64,000 nt of DNA from the human T2T-CHM13v2.0 reference genome, Homo sapiens. Below the pieces are notes generated by a model. It did no database searches. It saw only the letters and a list, made by a program, of their open reading frames with translations, and was not told where the DNA came from. This document shows, piece by piece, positions 27,291 to 41,845 of the stretch. Every line of letters begins with the position of its first letter. The stretch's first letter is position 1. The stretch lies in assembly GCF_009914755.1 (NCBI RefSeq), contig NC_060942.1, one strand, 5' to 3'. Position numbers and translations under genes: made by a program.

Positions 27291-27837
27291 TGAAATTGTA
27301 TGTCATTTTGTGTTAAACATCAGTACTTTAAAATGTTCTATTTTGATCACTACATTTACATCTAACAATGTGCTTAGGGCCATTTGTGCAACATGGGAGC
27401 CTAGGGAAGGTGAACTACTGTCCTGTGAGATGATACATATCATCACAGACTCTTACTTGAATGAAGCACCTAATGAAATTGCATGATTATGAATTGAAAA
27501 TGTTGCTTTTACTATTATTCTGAAATAAGGAGAATAAATCAACATTGAATATGAACTATAATTTATAATTCACTTGTAATTAAATCTAAGTACTTAGAAA
27601 AACAACAACAAGCATTCTTAACTAAAAACTGTAATCTTTTATTTACATTTTTTACATTTTCTGAGTGTGCACCACTTATCAGAAATGGTGTGGGGTGTTA
27701 GAGACTCAAAAAGACACAATGAAAACATGGTCACTATGCAGCGTATCTATTAATGTGGACATTTTAGATGAAACTTTCAGCTTTTTGTCTTCTCTGGTAA
27801 GATAAGGGGGAAAATACTCCACAGACTTTGAGGCAGG

Positions 27838-28197
27838 TGATTCTGGGTACATGGCAGAGTGGGAAGCACTAGAAATCAGTCTCCTCACCCAAACAACAAT
27901 TTCACTGACAGACTCTCTCCCGTGTAACTATTTTGGAATTCTGGAGTTCATTGAAAGCTTGCAAATCCCCTGGGATGGCTTGGCTGGTAAATTGTAGCAT
28001 AAGTCAATTTCAATTTAGAGATGATTTGAAGAAATAATGGTTTTGTGGGATGAATAGAGGTCTGGAGACAGATGGTGGTGATGGTTGCACAACAATATGA
28101 GTATATGTAGTATCACTGAATGATGCACTTAAAAATGGTTAAGATGGTAAGTTTATAATATATGTATTTCATCACAATTTTTAAAATTGAAAAAAAT
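27838..28197 (+). mobile_element. L1M 5' UTR-like start joined to an L1MB-type 3' end
   Basis: TTCTGGGTACATGGCAGAGTGGGAAGCACTAGAAATC... then ...GATGGTGGTGATGGTTGCACAACAATATGAG...CACTTAAAAATGGTTAAGATGGTAA. Confidence 0.6.
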
Positions 28198-28427
28198 GGC
28201 CCAGAATAAATAGCTGACTCAGTTATTTCTTTTTCTATTTGAGGACATGATTTTAATGCTTATAATTCAACTTTTAGCCATGGAGAAAAATATTAGATGA
28301 TATGCTCTATTACCAATATCACCTAATTTGAAACATCAGAGAACATTCATTATCGATATAAAAGTTAATGCTTTCAAAACAAATAGGAAGAAAGAAGTAC
28401 TAAAATCTCAAGTCATTGATTATGATA

Positions 28428-29058
28428 CCATATATAATTGATTCTAAAATCATGCTTGTTCATATTTTATGATTTCTCAAAACAAGATTTACAATAAGTG
28501 TCATCTTAAAATCGGTGTTTTTTTCAGTGGCGTAATTTACATTGTCTAAAATGGGTGAAACTAGAGATTTGTTCTTGGTGGTGTCTATAGATAATTGCAA
28601 CCACCCTTTGATTGATCTTCACATAAGAGCACCCTTCCCATTGATCTTCACATAAGAGCAAGAAGGTGCCAGCATCAGAATCTTCAAAACGTGCGTCAAT
28701 GGCTTGGAAGAAAATATCACAGATAATAGTGGGACATTCTTTTAAGAAATGCTACATCACCGATGTTCTTAAGGTCAAAAACAAACTTTAATGACTGTCA
28801 AAAACAGATTCTGAATACATTTATTTAGAATGAAAAGTATTTTAGAAAACCTTTAATAAATTTATTTACATACATTTTTATATTACATAAATTCTGGTAT
28901 GTTACATAATAAAATGTTTAAGTCTAAAATTATGTTTCATTAAAATAAGTGATGAAAGCATTTTGTAACAGTTTAACAGGTAGTGACGTTTTCTTAATGG
29001 TACAAAATACAGTGATGTATCTTACAACTGATGCATTTGTGGCTTCAATGAAGTATGG
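28428..29058 (+). mobile_element. Tc2/Kanga (MER104-like ends) DNA transposon with transposase remnant
   Basis: Ends TA|CCATAT..ATTGATTCTAA and CTTACAACTGATG...TTCAATGAAGTATGG; internal AWKKISQIIVGHSFKKCYITDVL (pogo/Tc2 W...SFKKC motif) at ~28702-28770. Confidence 0.7.
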
Positions 29059-30977
29059 CATAAAAAACACACATCCCTAAAATGCAATATAAAGAGAAGA
29101 TATGGATAAAATGAGGGATATTATAAAAATATTTATATAAATGTACATATATACATGTAAAGTAATAATTTATAATTTTTAGAAAAATATATTATAGAGT
29201 CATTTATTAACTATATTTTATGACTCATTGAAAAGATAAGAACAAGAGAAAAACATTTGAATGGTCTTATTTCAAAAGTCAGCATTTGAATATACTCTAA
29301 AAATATCCTTTTATCTCCTTTAAATCATTTTTGTGCATATTAGGAGAAATTTATATCTGGAGAAAAATATAAAACTTGTAAATATGTCATTTTATAAAGA
29401 GGCACTAAATATTTTAATCTGTTTCATATCTGTTGGCAATAGATACAAGTAATATTAACAAAAGAAGATGTTAATAAAACTTTCTGTCATTAGGTTAAGC
29501 TGTACTAAGCTCTGAAAGAAAATATCTCCATGTTTTTCATGCTGTTTTTTATGACCCTTGTGGTACAGTAAGATGCTTGTTTCTAAGCAGCAGTGTTAAA
29601 CAGAATAAGAGTAATTATTATTGACACGTAATTACCTATAATGTATTGGGTTCAAATGAAGAGGAGCATTTTAATCTTCACATGAAGCGATTGATGTGTT
29701 TAGCTCCCATTTGTGTTAATGGCAAGCATTCCCATGAATCTCAGTGTCAACAGAAGAGAAATGTACTCTAAAGGATGCTCATCAGAAATTCAAGCTGTTT
29801 TATTTAGCAGAAAGAACAGAGCTTCCTGAGAAATATCTATTTTTTAAATGAAAAGCAATTTCTACTCCATAGAGCATAACCAAAGACTCCCCGCCCTTCC
29901 GAATATCTCCCATGTACTGTTTTCGACTAAAGAGGATCTGATTCCTTTCAGGCTTTTTGTGATTTGAAGTAAAATTTCTTTTTGAAGAAATAAATGATTT
30001 GTGCAGAATTTTTTTCAAATAATGTGCTTGGTGAAGACTCCAAAATCTTCTATTAAATATATATAAAACGGAGATATGGACACAGCATTATCTTTACATC
30101 CAAGAAAACCATTTCCTCTTTTCCTCCATTTGTTTTCTGATGGAAATAAAAGACTAATTACTTTCCCCACATTCAGATGAGGCTGTAAGATCACAGGCAT
30201 TAGGATAAAAAATGTGAGTTTCCAGATGTCCTCCTTGATATAATTTTCATAAAATCAAATTTTCACTCATGGTATTTTCTATGGTAAAAGCAATAAAACA
30301 TCAATAATGCAGAAAAAGCCATATCCAAGTTGACTTAGTCTCCAATTCAAGCAAATATTAAAATAAAACAGCTTGATTCATTTTAATTATTTACTACTAT
30401 TTGAATAATCTTCAAATATAAAAATGACACTAAAACAACATTCTATCTTGGGATCCTTTAGGGAACCATTTTTGAATAGATTAAAATTATTTGTAATAAA
30501 CATGTAGTTTGCCTGTAAGTAAAACAAAGCTTTTAAAGTATCCCCAAATATTGGCAAATTAAATTGTGGCATATTTAAGCAACGAAATACTAAAAAATAA
30601 TGTTGTAAAAGAATATTTAATATCTTGGGAAAAGATTTATACCCTTAATTGAAGGAGAGTACAAGTTAATGTATAAAATAGAGCCTTAAATATGTAACAT
30701 CAGTACACATATTTATATAATTATTTCTGTCATTGGGACTATAGAGAGACTTATAAAGGGGGACAACTGAAAATACAACAAACTGTTAAAAGTTCCTATT
30801 GTGGCATGGTGGGATTACAGGTAATTTCTATTTTGTTTTCATGCTTTTTTGTAGTATATAAACATCATACAATTAGTAGCTACTACTACTACTACTGTAA
30901 TCAATCATATAAAAGAGTGCCTTAAAATAATCTAGTGCAGGCAAAGTACAGACTGAAATATTACTTACAAATATAAT

Positions 30978-31508
<531 letters not shown>

Positions 31509-33189
31509 ACAAATATAATTTTACTGGTATAATTTTATCAAGTATAGAAGAAACTTAGTTTTTATATATTGTAATTCTCATCCAAATGATCATGTTTCAA
31601 TTAATCAACCTTCAAATAAAGTTGCAATATTACTGCTTTGTTTTTGAATTTAAGTTTCCAGTTAATATTAGGTAACTTAATTGCATTATATAATATTAGA
31701 TATAAGTCTCCAAATGTTTTGAGAAATATAAATATAAGCTTTGAAAACTCTTTGAAGCCATGCTGCTCACCTATTTATTAAGCAGTCCAAATGGAAGGAC
31801 AGAGATTAATTGATTTCTTCCTAAGATTAGATGGTGAGTTTAGCTTGCAAGGATATCTTGTTTTTCTTCCCTTTGGGAGATGTTTTCAGCTGATTAGTGA
31901 AACTACAATATCAACATAATAGCTTCTGTCAGAAAGCTTGATGAAATCTTTTTCAAAGACTTAAGGTACATATCTTTATTATCTTTGCAAGTCTATTCTG
32001 AGAATATGATACTAGACTAGGCATAACAATAATTGTTAGGAGATTTTTTTGACTTTGGGTTGGCTAGAAAATTTGCTTATTTAAATTATGAAATGTTATA
32101 CTCTTCCAATAATTTCTTAAATATATATTTGAAACATGCATAAATGAAAATAGAAAATTATGTTTGCAGCGGCTACTAGCCAGTAGCAAATCTCTTAGCT
32201 TAAGAAAAGAGAAACATTGAGGATTGAGAGGATAGATTCATATCTCAAAGGAATTAAATAAGATTAAAAAGAAAGGTAGGACAATAAATATTTCAAGTAA
32301 TTCTAATAATGCCAAGTGAAGAAAAATATGTAACTGAAATTTGAATTTTTTCCACATCACTATTTTAATTCTGGATCACGTGAAATTGTGATAAGAAGGA
32401 AAATTTTACACAGAGTCAGATTTATTCATCAAAATGATGAGAGAAGGGCAGAGTCGTGGAGAAAACAGTTGTGCTAAACTCTAGGACAAATATCTAAAAG
32501 AGCTTCAGATGAATTTTAGATATAATATTGTGGAAAAAAAATGCTGGAGCAGAAATTGGGAGATGGACTAATGATATATATCTGCAATGCTGTCTTTGGA
32601 ACTAATTTTTTCTTGCCTATGAAATAGTGGTTAGAACTATTTTCCATTTGTAATGATATAATTGCATAAAATAATCATTGTCTTTTGTTTTGCTACATGT
32701 AACTCAGGAGTAAATTTGCCCTGTGTTGAAAATTGTATACTGGATACATTTTAGATTGTCTTTCCTTAAAGATTCATTGTAACATGTAGCATGAGGCAAA
32801 ATGGATCTTCAGTTCGATTTACTATCACAGGATAAAACTATTTCTCACTCAGTGCTATGTGGGTTTGGGAAAGACCTCGTAGTGAGCCAAAATCTTTTCT
32901 ACAAGACTGATGTGTTGTCATATGGCTTAATGAAAAAAGTATTCTTTTGTGTCATAATTTCAAAGGCCAGGAAATTCATGAACAATTAAAATACGAAGAT
33001 GACATAATTATAATATACATTCCAATGGGGAATAATATTTTCTTGTCAGAGAAAATGATCCTATTTTATCAAAACTGCCATGAGTTCTGTTCATTTCAAG
33101 TTATGCTTATTGGTTGACTTTTATATACCACACAATATGTTGGTTTGGAAGACACAAGAGTTAGTTCACTATCAAATAAAGAGGAACAC

Positions 33190-34090
33190 ACAAGGTGCAT
33201 CGACTATGTGCATTTATCTCTTCTGTCTACCAGAACATCAATGAAATGGACACAGAAAATGGGGTTGAAGGCAATAGTGGATAGAACATCTGAACAAGTT
33301 TGACAGATAGGAGTCAGAGGAGAATTAACTGTGGAACAGAAGACAGCACTGCAGAGGGGCACGTTAACCAGAATCAGCAAAGTTTCACGTTGAGGACTCC
33401 AGGCACAGTTGAAGACAGGGCTGAACTCCAAGAATGAAAATAGGAAGATTAAGAGAAACTTCACATACTGAATTCTGATACTTCCAGCTAGCCAAGTCCC
33501 CCACAGAGGTTCAAATATTATTCTTTGAGTCTGTGCTATAAAGACTTCTTTAAGGTGAGAATGACAAATCTGCACGGCGGGTCCTTCTACAGAATTTCTA
33601 ATCATGTTTTTAGGGGTCTTGTTCCTATATATGTATAAACAGCAAAACTATCATCAAACTTGCGGAAAAAACTTCTATAATGGAAGAGAATAGTAAAGTA
33701 CAAACAAACACAAACAGAAACAAGGTTTGTGACGAGAAAAAGTTATTTCAGAGAGCAGACGAAAGAACATTTAAAAATATAATTGGTAACTTCAGATAGG
33801 CAAAGATATTATATCCTGAAAATAAGGATTAAAAAGAGCGATTAAAGAACAAGATGGGAAAAATCAGAAATGTTAAATGACAAGGACTCAAGAGGTTTAA
33901 CAAACAAAATGAAGTCAATATTTTAAAACAAAGAAATAATGTTTTTAAAAAAGAAAAATAGCAGAGGGAAGGCATGAAAAATATAAGGCTTATTTAATCT
34001 TTAAGTCTTCTAAATCTACGGTTTACTTAATGGGAATTAGAAAAAACTGATACAACAGAAGCAGAAGGGAAAGAATTATAAATAAAAAAA
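33190..34090 (+). mobile_element. Probable ancient L1/HAL1 5' UTR and ORF1 remnant
   Basis: A-rich purine bias with L1 ORF1-like phrases (GAAAAAGTTATTTCAGAGAGCAGA; TTAATGGGAATT.GAAAAA). Very degraded. Confidence 0.4.
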
Positions 34091-34604
34091 ACCACAAACA
34101 AGTTTTGCCTTGGTTTAATCCCCTCTTCTGTGAACCATATCCTTCAATGGTACATAAAAGGTAATTGTTAAGTCCTTGTTTTTGTTAGAAAGTGTCTTTC
34201 TTCTACTCACAGTTGATTGATGAAATTTTAGGTTTAGATGTCTAGGTCATAGATAATTTCCCTCAGAATTTTAAATGCTTGTTCCAACAGTCTTCTATTA
34301 TTGAGTGTTACTGTTGGGGGGGGAAATAGAGGATGCAAAAACGGAGTTCAATAAGGAAGAGAGGGAGCAGAAATTCCCATAGTGAAAGCTGTCCACAGGC
34401 TTTTATAGAAAACAGGCTAGTTGGAACCAGGTGGACAGAGAGCTGAGGGAGGGAGCTCAGGGTGGTCTCCTGTGAGAGAGGAAGACGGGGTATTTTGTGA
34501 ATAACAATCTTCAGAAAAAAATCATTGTTGAAGACTGACACATCTGCTGGTGGTTTTAAGAAAAAAGAAACAACCTACACAAACAAACAACATAATAAAA
34601 ATAA

Positions 34605-34800
34605 CTGGTATAAGAGTAGATTGTAAGTGTTTGCACCACAAAACGATAACCTTGTGAGAGAATGCGTAACTTAATTAGCTAGATGTAGCCATTCCACAAT
34701 GTGTGTATGTTCACGTACATATATTTCAAAACATCATGTTGTACACAATAAATGCATACATTTTTATCTGTCAATTTAAAAATAACAAAACATAATAAAA
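34605..34800 (+). mobile_element. L1MA 3' end fragment
   Basis: TAAGAGTAGATTGTAAGTGTT..CACCACAAAA...AGCCATTCCACAATGTG...CAAAACATCATGTTGTACACAATAAAT. Confidence 0.8.
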
Positions 34801-35007
34801 TAATTGGTATGAACTTCTTGAAAAACAAAAAGTTATGTGAGAGAAGGAACATGAAAAAATATGTTTGTTTTCTGAAAGAGGGGTGGGACTTTTTGGAAGA
34901 GGAATAGATAGTAAGCAAAGCAGATAAAATTATTATTAACTACAGGTAAAATAACAGAAGTTGTATATGGATAGCAAGAATATGATCATGGAAAATGACT
35001 TCATTTT

Positions 35008-35306
35008 GACTGGGCACAGTGGCTCATGCCTGTAATCCTAGCACCCAGGTAAGAATTGCTTGAGGCCAGTAGTTTGAGACCAGCTTGGGTAACACACTGA
35101 GAACTTGTCTCTACAAAAAAACAAACAAACACTAAAAACTAGCCTGGTACGGTGATGCAGGCCTGAAGTCCCAGCTAATCAGGAGGCTGAGGCAGGAGGA
35201 TCCCTTAAGCCCAGTTTAAAGCTGCAGTGAGCTATAATCAGATTACACCACTGCACTCCAGCCTGGGTGACAGAGTGAGACCCTTTCTCTTAAGACATTA
35301 ATAAAT
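35008..35306 (+). mobile_element. AluJ
   Basis: GACTGGGCACAGTGGCTCATGCC...GGAGGATCCCTTAAGCCCAG...GCTGCAGTGAGCTAT; degenerate TSD AAATGACTTCATT/AAATAACTTCATT. Confidence 0.9.
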
Positions 35307-36048
35307 AAATAACTTCATTCAGCATGGGCACCATTTGCATAGTCATAAATTATAAAAACATACTTGGTTTAGTAAAGATTTATGATATAAAAATATTAGA
35401 AAAAGAATCAAGGAAGTGTATGGGGTTATATTTAACACAGATAAATTCTCAACTACAAGAAACTTAGGAGATATTATCTGAGTTTCATAAACAAAGAAAT
35501 GTCAGCATATGCATATTATTTAGAAAAAAAAACAAAAGAATTTGCTGCCTCTGGGTATCAGACTTGGGGATTAAGGAGGATGGAAAAGAAAACTACTATT
35601 TTTTATATGATACATTCAGTGCTTTAAAAATATATACCTCCAGAGCTAACAAAGTTAACTTGCAATAAAATAAGCAAATTTTATTTTCATGTATGTATGT
35701 ATGTATGTTTTCAGTATAAATTACATGATTCAAGAATTGCAGGGATATACACTAAAAAAAAGCTAAACAGAAGGGTGTGCTTAGTATCTGGAAACCCCTA
35801 TCGTAGCAGAGCAGACATTATTGAAAGCATTGAAAAAAGATGGTGACGGTACACAATTTATATTTTAGCTTCTGTAGTCTTTTATTATGGAAGCACTCAC
35901 TGCTTTGACTTCTACGATATGTCATTCTCATGGTATCACTTTTCTCAAGTGCTTTTCCAGCTCTTTATTGCTATTCTCCATCTAAACTTTAATACTGAAG
36001 TCTCTCACATTTTAGTACTAAATGCTTTTTTTACTTTTAAATTTTTGC

Positions 36049-36588
36049 TTTTTTTTTTTTTTAATTTTACATTCAGGGGATTCGTGGGCAAGTTGGTTAC
36101 AAAGGTATATTACACGATGCTGAGATTTGAGCTTCTATTAATCCTCTCACCCGGATAGTGAACATAGTTCCCAAGAAAAAGTTTTTCAGCCCTTTATCCC
36201 CTATTTCCCTTCCCCCTTTGGAAGTCTTTAGTTTCTATCGTTCCCATCTTTATGTCTGTCCATACCCAATATTTAGTTCCTACATATTTGTTTTTCTGTT
36301 TCTGCATTTGTTTTTCTGTTTCTGCATTAATTTGCTTAGGATAATGGCCCCCAGCTGCATCCATGTTGCTTCAAAGGACTTGATTTCATTTTTTAATGGC
36401 TGTGTAATATTGTATGGTGTATATGTACCACATTTTCTTTAAGCCACTACTGATGGGCACAAATTTGGTTTCATGTTTCGGCCATTGTGAACAGTGCTGT
36501 GATAAACATATCACGCAAGTGAAGGTGTCTGTTTGGTAGAACAATTTATTTTTGGGGATACATACCCAGTAATAAGACTGCTAGGTCC
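36049..36588 (-). mobile_element. L1PA16/L1PB-like 3' end
   Basis: Poly-T then TTCAGGGG...GTTACAAAGGTATATT.CACGATGCTGAG...AGGATAATGGCCCCCAGCTGCATCCATGTTGCT; perfect 20-bp tandem duplication at 36286-36325. Confidence 0.85.
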
Positions 36589-36959
36589 TAAAAACTTTTC
36601 TCTTGTCATTCCAAGCCCTTTTTTGAACTCATTACATTGACACTTAGAACATTAAGGAATAGCTATGCTGTGAACTGACCAGTGATATCTCCAGTTCAGA
36701 CCTCTCTTCTAGGTTTATTTGACATCTTTATGTGAATGTATCTAAGGTATCTCACTATTGTCATGTCCAAAACTGAACTCATGCCATTTAGCCCACCACC
36801 AAGTTTTCTTCAGAGGTTTCAGTTCTTAGTGAATGCCGCCTCTACCACATTGTACTTCGAGCAAAAAAGTGGGAATTTTCTTTGAGAAATAATTTTCCCT
36901 TTCTTTCTGTAATGACTCTGTCACTGTTGATTTTCCATTTGAAATATCTCTTCAGTGGA

Positions 36960-37319
36960 TGTATTTAGTCTATTTCATGCTGCTGATAAAGACATACCCA
37001 AGACTGGGTAATTTATAAAGAAAAAGAGGTTTAATAGACTCACAGTTCCATGTGGCTGGGGAGGCCTCACAATTATGGTGAAAGGTGAAAGGCACGTCTT
37101 ACATGGTGGTGGCAAGAGAGAATGAGAGAGAAGTGAAAGCAGAAACCCCTTATAAAACCATCATATCTTGTGAGACTTATTCACTACCCAAGAACAGTAT
37201 GGTGGAAACCGTCCCCATAATTCAATTATCCCCTACTGGGTCCCTCCCACAACACATGGGAATTATGTGAGCTACAATTCAAGATGAGATTTGGGTGGGG
37301 ACACAGCCAAATCATATCA
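36960..37319 (-). mobile_element. THE1 (B/C-like) solo LTR
   Basis: TGTATT.AGTC...GCTGCTGATAAAGACATACCCAAGACTGGG ... GAGATTTGGGTGGGGACACAGCCAAATCATATCA. Confidence 0.93.
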
Positions 37320-37501
37320 GATAGATATCAAAAATAGATATCTTTTCCCTATATCTACTTGCCTTGCCTTATTTCAAGTGTAGATAAATACAAAAGCTAA
37401 GTGTTTCACTTGAAATCAAAACTGACTAGAATAAGAACAGTGGAGCAGGAAGGTGATTTAGGAGTTAAAGGAAAGTGGGCAGGCCTTGAAATCACCATTG
37501 A

Positions 37502-37874
<373 letters not shown>

Positions 37875-39246
37875 TTACAGATTCTTACAAATATTCTTCA
37901 AGTTGTTTGCGGTACCTTCTTCAATGTGTGTCCTCAAAGCAATATTCAATGTTATTAAAATTGTTTCTAACTTACTGGAAGTAACTGCAATAAGATGAGT
38001 CATATAATTAGACATCCAATTTGTTTTGTTTTCTGCCGATTATAATGATAATAGAATATATAATAACAAGTTCTGAATATTAAAATATATTTCTTATTTA
38101 GCTCACGACTCTATATGTAGATGAAAATTCACTTTCAAAAGCAAATGTCATTCCCCAAACAATTTTTTTTTTAAAAATAGGAGACCGTTGTTGCGATAGA
38201 GAAATTAGTGCTCCCACGCTGAATTGTGAGAATACCTTATTTTCACGGAGAATATCCAAGTCTACAAGGGAAAAAGAGATTTCTGACATACTCAAAATGT
38301 CTAGTGTCAGTATACTCTCCACTAGTTCTACTTGCCTGAAATTAAAATATGGCAGAACAGGAGAACAAAAGTGTTTGGGACGCTTGTCACTTTCACTGAC
38401 CCTCTTCTCTTTCATGTAATCTACTCCCCAAGAACTGAGAAGCGGAATTCATAGTAGTAGCAGGATGAAAAGATAGCTCAAAGGAGGGGAAAAAAATCAA
38501 TAGAAAAAATCAATGTGAAAGTTGTAAAAGCTATACCAATTAGCTCTCTAATATATGGCCTTTTGAAGTGCCAAAGAGCATTTTTAAGTGCTACTTTTTA
38601 TTTTTATTCGAATAGACTCACTGCTAATGGTACGGAAGCAATCATGTGAAACCAAAAAGAGACTAAACCCCAAAAAGAGCCTTCAAAAGCTAAAGGAGTA
38701 TTTATAGTCTATACGATGGGTCTTTCATATTCACATCTTGTTTTTCTTGCTTCCTCTCGGCCACCTTCAATATATGTGAACATAAGAACTTGCAGAGTGT
38801 GTTTCAATCTCTTAAATAGAGCAAAAGAACAGAAGAGATACCGTAATTTGTACCTCTATGTGATATTTTGGGAATACATTTATTGTTTTACTTAAACATA
38901 TTATCATTAAGGAGTTTAAATTCACAAAAAGAGGTCTTTTGGTGGTAGAAATAATGAGACTGAATATTTTATTTTAAAAATCTCATTTGGATTCTCTGAT
39001 TTTTTTATGCAAAGTGTAATACAAATATTGAAGGCTATATTGTTCTTCGTTCACTGTAAACCTTTCATTCTCGCAATTAAACCCTTACAAAGAAGATGAG
39101 AAAGATGAAAGAAATTGATCTTGGGATAATAAATTACAATCAGTTTTAAGTAATATTAACTCTTACCTATGTAGTTCTTTTTGTAACCCAACACTGTTCT
39201 GGTGTTTGTTACCTTGTCAATTCTTCTAATCTTTATAATTGCACGT

Positions 39247-39320
39247 CAGCCTGGGCAACTGAGCAAAACTCCATCTCAAAAATGAAAATAAATAAATAAA
39301 TAAATACATAAATAAATAAA
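39247..39320 (+). mobile_element. Alu 3' terminal fragment with (AAAT)n tail
   Basis: CAGCCTGGGCAAC.GAGCAAAACTCCATCTCAAAA..(AAAT)n. Confidence 0.85.
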
Positions 39321-39321
39321 A

Positions 39322-40900
39322 TATGAGGTAAAACTCAGAACTGAAAGGACAAGTAGAAAAAACACTGTTATAGTTGAAATTCAGCACATCTTTCTTAGGA
39401 ATATATAAAGAACAAGGGCAGAAAATCAGTAAGGTATAAATGATGTGAATAGCACTATGAATCCGATTGATTTAATTGATATTTAAAACACTTTCATCCT
39501 ACAAAAATAAAATACACATTTTTTTGAAGCTCACATGGAACATTCACCAAGACCGACCAAATTTTCAACGATCAAACACACCATAATAAATTTAAAAGAG
39601 TCAAAGTTATATCATGATTGTTCTGAAAGCACAATGAAACTATACCAAAAAATTAATAACAGAAAGATAGCTGGGAAGTCTTCAGATATTGGGAAATTAA
39701 GCCATCCACTTTTAAGTGGCAAATGACCAAATGAGGAAGTATCAAGAGAAATGAAAAATATTTTGAGCTAAGTAAAAGTGAAAAATAAAACAAAAATTTG
39801 AGGAATGCAGTGAAAGCAGTGTCTAGAGGAAAATCTATAGCCTTAAATGTATGTATTAGAAAAGTAAATTAAATAATAAAATTAGTAACTAAGCAAGCAA
39901 CAATCTTCAGGAACTAGGGAAGGAAGAACAATTTAAGCATAAATCAAGTAGAAGAAAATAAGCCATACAAAGAGAGTAATCAGTAAAACTGAAATCAGGA
40001 AAACAATAGAGAGAGCACGTAAGCAAGCAAGAGCTGTTTCTTTGAGAAAAATCAACTAAATTAGTGAATCTATAGTCTGAGTAACACAGAAAAAAATGAG
40101 ATTAATCATAATTTAAAAATACAGAATAGGAAGGGTCATTTCTACTAATCCCACGTACATTATGCCCACAAATTTGATAACAGGTGAGCTGAATCAGTTC
40201 TGAAAAACATACAGTACCATATCTCACATAAAGAGAAAGAGATTATCTGTAGGGTCTTATGTCTCTTAAAGAAATTAAAACTATATCATAAACTTCAAAG
40301 AAACCATCAATCTCAGGTAGTTTCACTTCTGAAACATATTGAGGAAGAAATAATTTCTTCCAAATAGTACAATACAAAAAGGTGAATAAAAAGCATAGCT
40401 TTAAAGTGAAGAAATTGGACAAATTCGATCTCAGATCAAGAGTATTAGTAACAGTGGTATGTTGATATTATGTTCCTTTGATATGATACAATGAAAATGA
40501 CATAACTGTGGTTTCCTCCTAAAAACCCATGACCCCAGGTTGATCATAAGAAAAACACCATCTGACCCTAACTGAGAGAGATTCTATAGTATACCTTAAA
40601 ATTGTCAAGTTTATCAAAAGCAAGAAATTTCTGAGAAACTATGACACCAGAAGAGGAGCCTGGACATCATCACCAAATGTAATGTGCTGTCTTAGATAAG
40701 CCCTGGTGAAAACTAAGGTCAAAATAAAGTATGAACTTTAGTTGATAATAAGGTATCAATGCTGGTTCATTAATTGTGGCAAATGTGCTGTTTTAATATT
40801 AATATAAGCTTTTAGTAATAGGGAAAACAGAGCATTGAGTATAAGGAAGTCTAATTTTTACAATTTTCTCTAAATCTAAAGCAATTCTAAAATATTATTT
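39322..40900 (+). mobile_element. Old L1 (L1MC/MD-like): ORF2 endonuclease region joined to a 3' UTR
   Basis: AAGCTCACATGGAACATTCACCAAGAC (ORF2 SSHGTFTK); GCAGTGAAAGCAGTG..TAGAGGAAAA; 3' UTR from ~40370. Confidence 0.8.
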
Positions 40901-41689
40901 GTTAGCATTATTTACAAAACACTTAAGGAAAATTGTATTTTAGTGGGGGCTATATCTTCAAAAATGAATGTGTGTGAATACTGTAAATAAAAAATGTTAT
41001 TTAAGACAACATAATTATCTAGAAAGAGTATATATTATGCATGAGAATGAAATTATCCATGTCACTTCTGGCTCTAACTACTTTATTTGCTTAAATAGTG
41101 CCCTTCAATAATGTATTAGTAGAGATTATTAAAAATTAATATTATTTTTTAAAAAAGAAACCAATGATTTTATAACTATTCTTTAAGCCATTGAAATGAG
41201 ATTCCCAGATTTCTATTGAACCCCAGCTGGGTCTTGGAACTTGATGTCTCAAAAATTCCTTACACAGTAGCAGAATGGAAACAATCACATTAAATAAGAT
41301 CATATTACTTTTTTTTTTAAACATTTACTGGCAATTCCTTTAATAAGTCTTTTCTAAAGAAGTCATGGTTTTATTTTAATGGGCATATGAAAAGATGAGA
41401 AGGAATCTGACTCCTATTAGCTGGATTTTATAAGTAATAAGGAAATAATTAATAGTGGCCTGATCCTTGATTGTATATTTTACATAATTTCATACCCCTG
41501 GGAAATCAAGCCATTCCAGATCTATGGCACACTTATTGGTTCCTTACATTTTGTCTCTTATAATATACATATCAATAGCCAGATAGCTGATTCTCATATC
41601 AAATAGGACAAAAGGACAACACTAAGCAGAAATAAGACCACTCTAACTTGTCCCATGTAGTAGTTATTCCAGATTTTCCTCATTGTAAC

Positions 41690-41845
41690 TCTATTTTGAC
41701 AAGTCATTTTGTCTTACCTGCAGCTGTGTTTACATATCAGTAAAGTGTGCATAATCATAGTACCTAACTCATACTTATTTGGGAGTATTAAATTTTATAA
41801 TAGATAAAAAGCACCTCATATGCAGTACGTTCTCAATAACTGTCG
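41690..41845 (+). mobile_element. MIR fragment
   Basis: TTTGACAAGTCA...ATCAGTAAAGTG...ATAGTACCTAACTCATA...AGTATTAAAT. Confidence 0.6.

Noticed and set aside
28602-28660. CRISPR-like repeat-spacer appearance
   Set aside because: Only two adjacent copies, no real spacers, eukaryotic context.
29800-30200. Two adjacent minus-strand ORFs in unique DNA
   Set aside because: No recognisable protein and no convincing splice-site pair.
33204-33605. 133-aa minus-strand ORF
   Set aside because: No recognisable domain; antisense to a probable ancient L1/HAL1 remnant.
40160-40900. Similarity to 199-275 and 1956-2390, suggesting a local duplication
   Set aside because: Both are copies of related old L1 subfamilies with different indels; shared ancestry explains the match.
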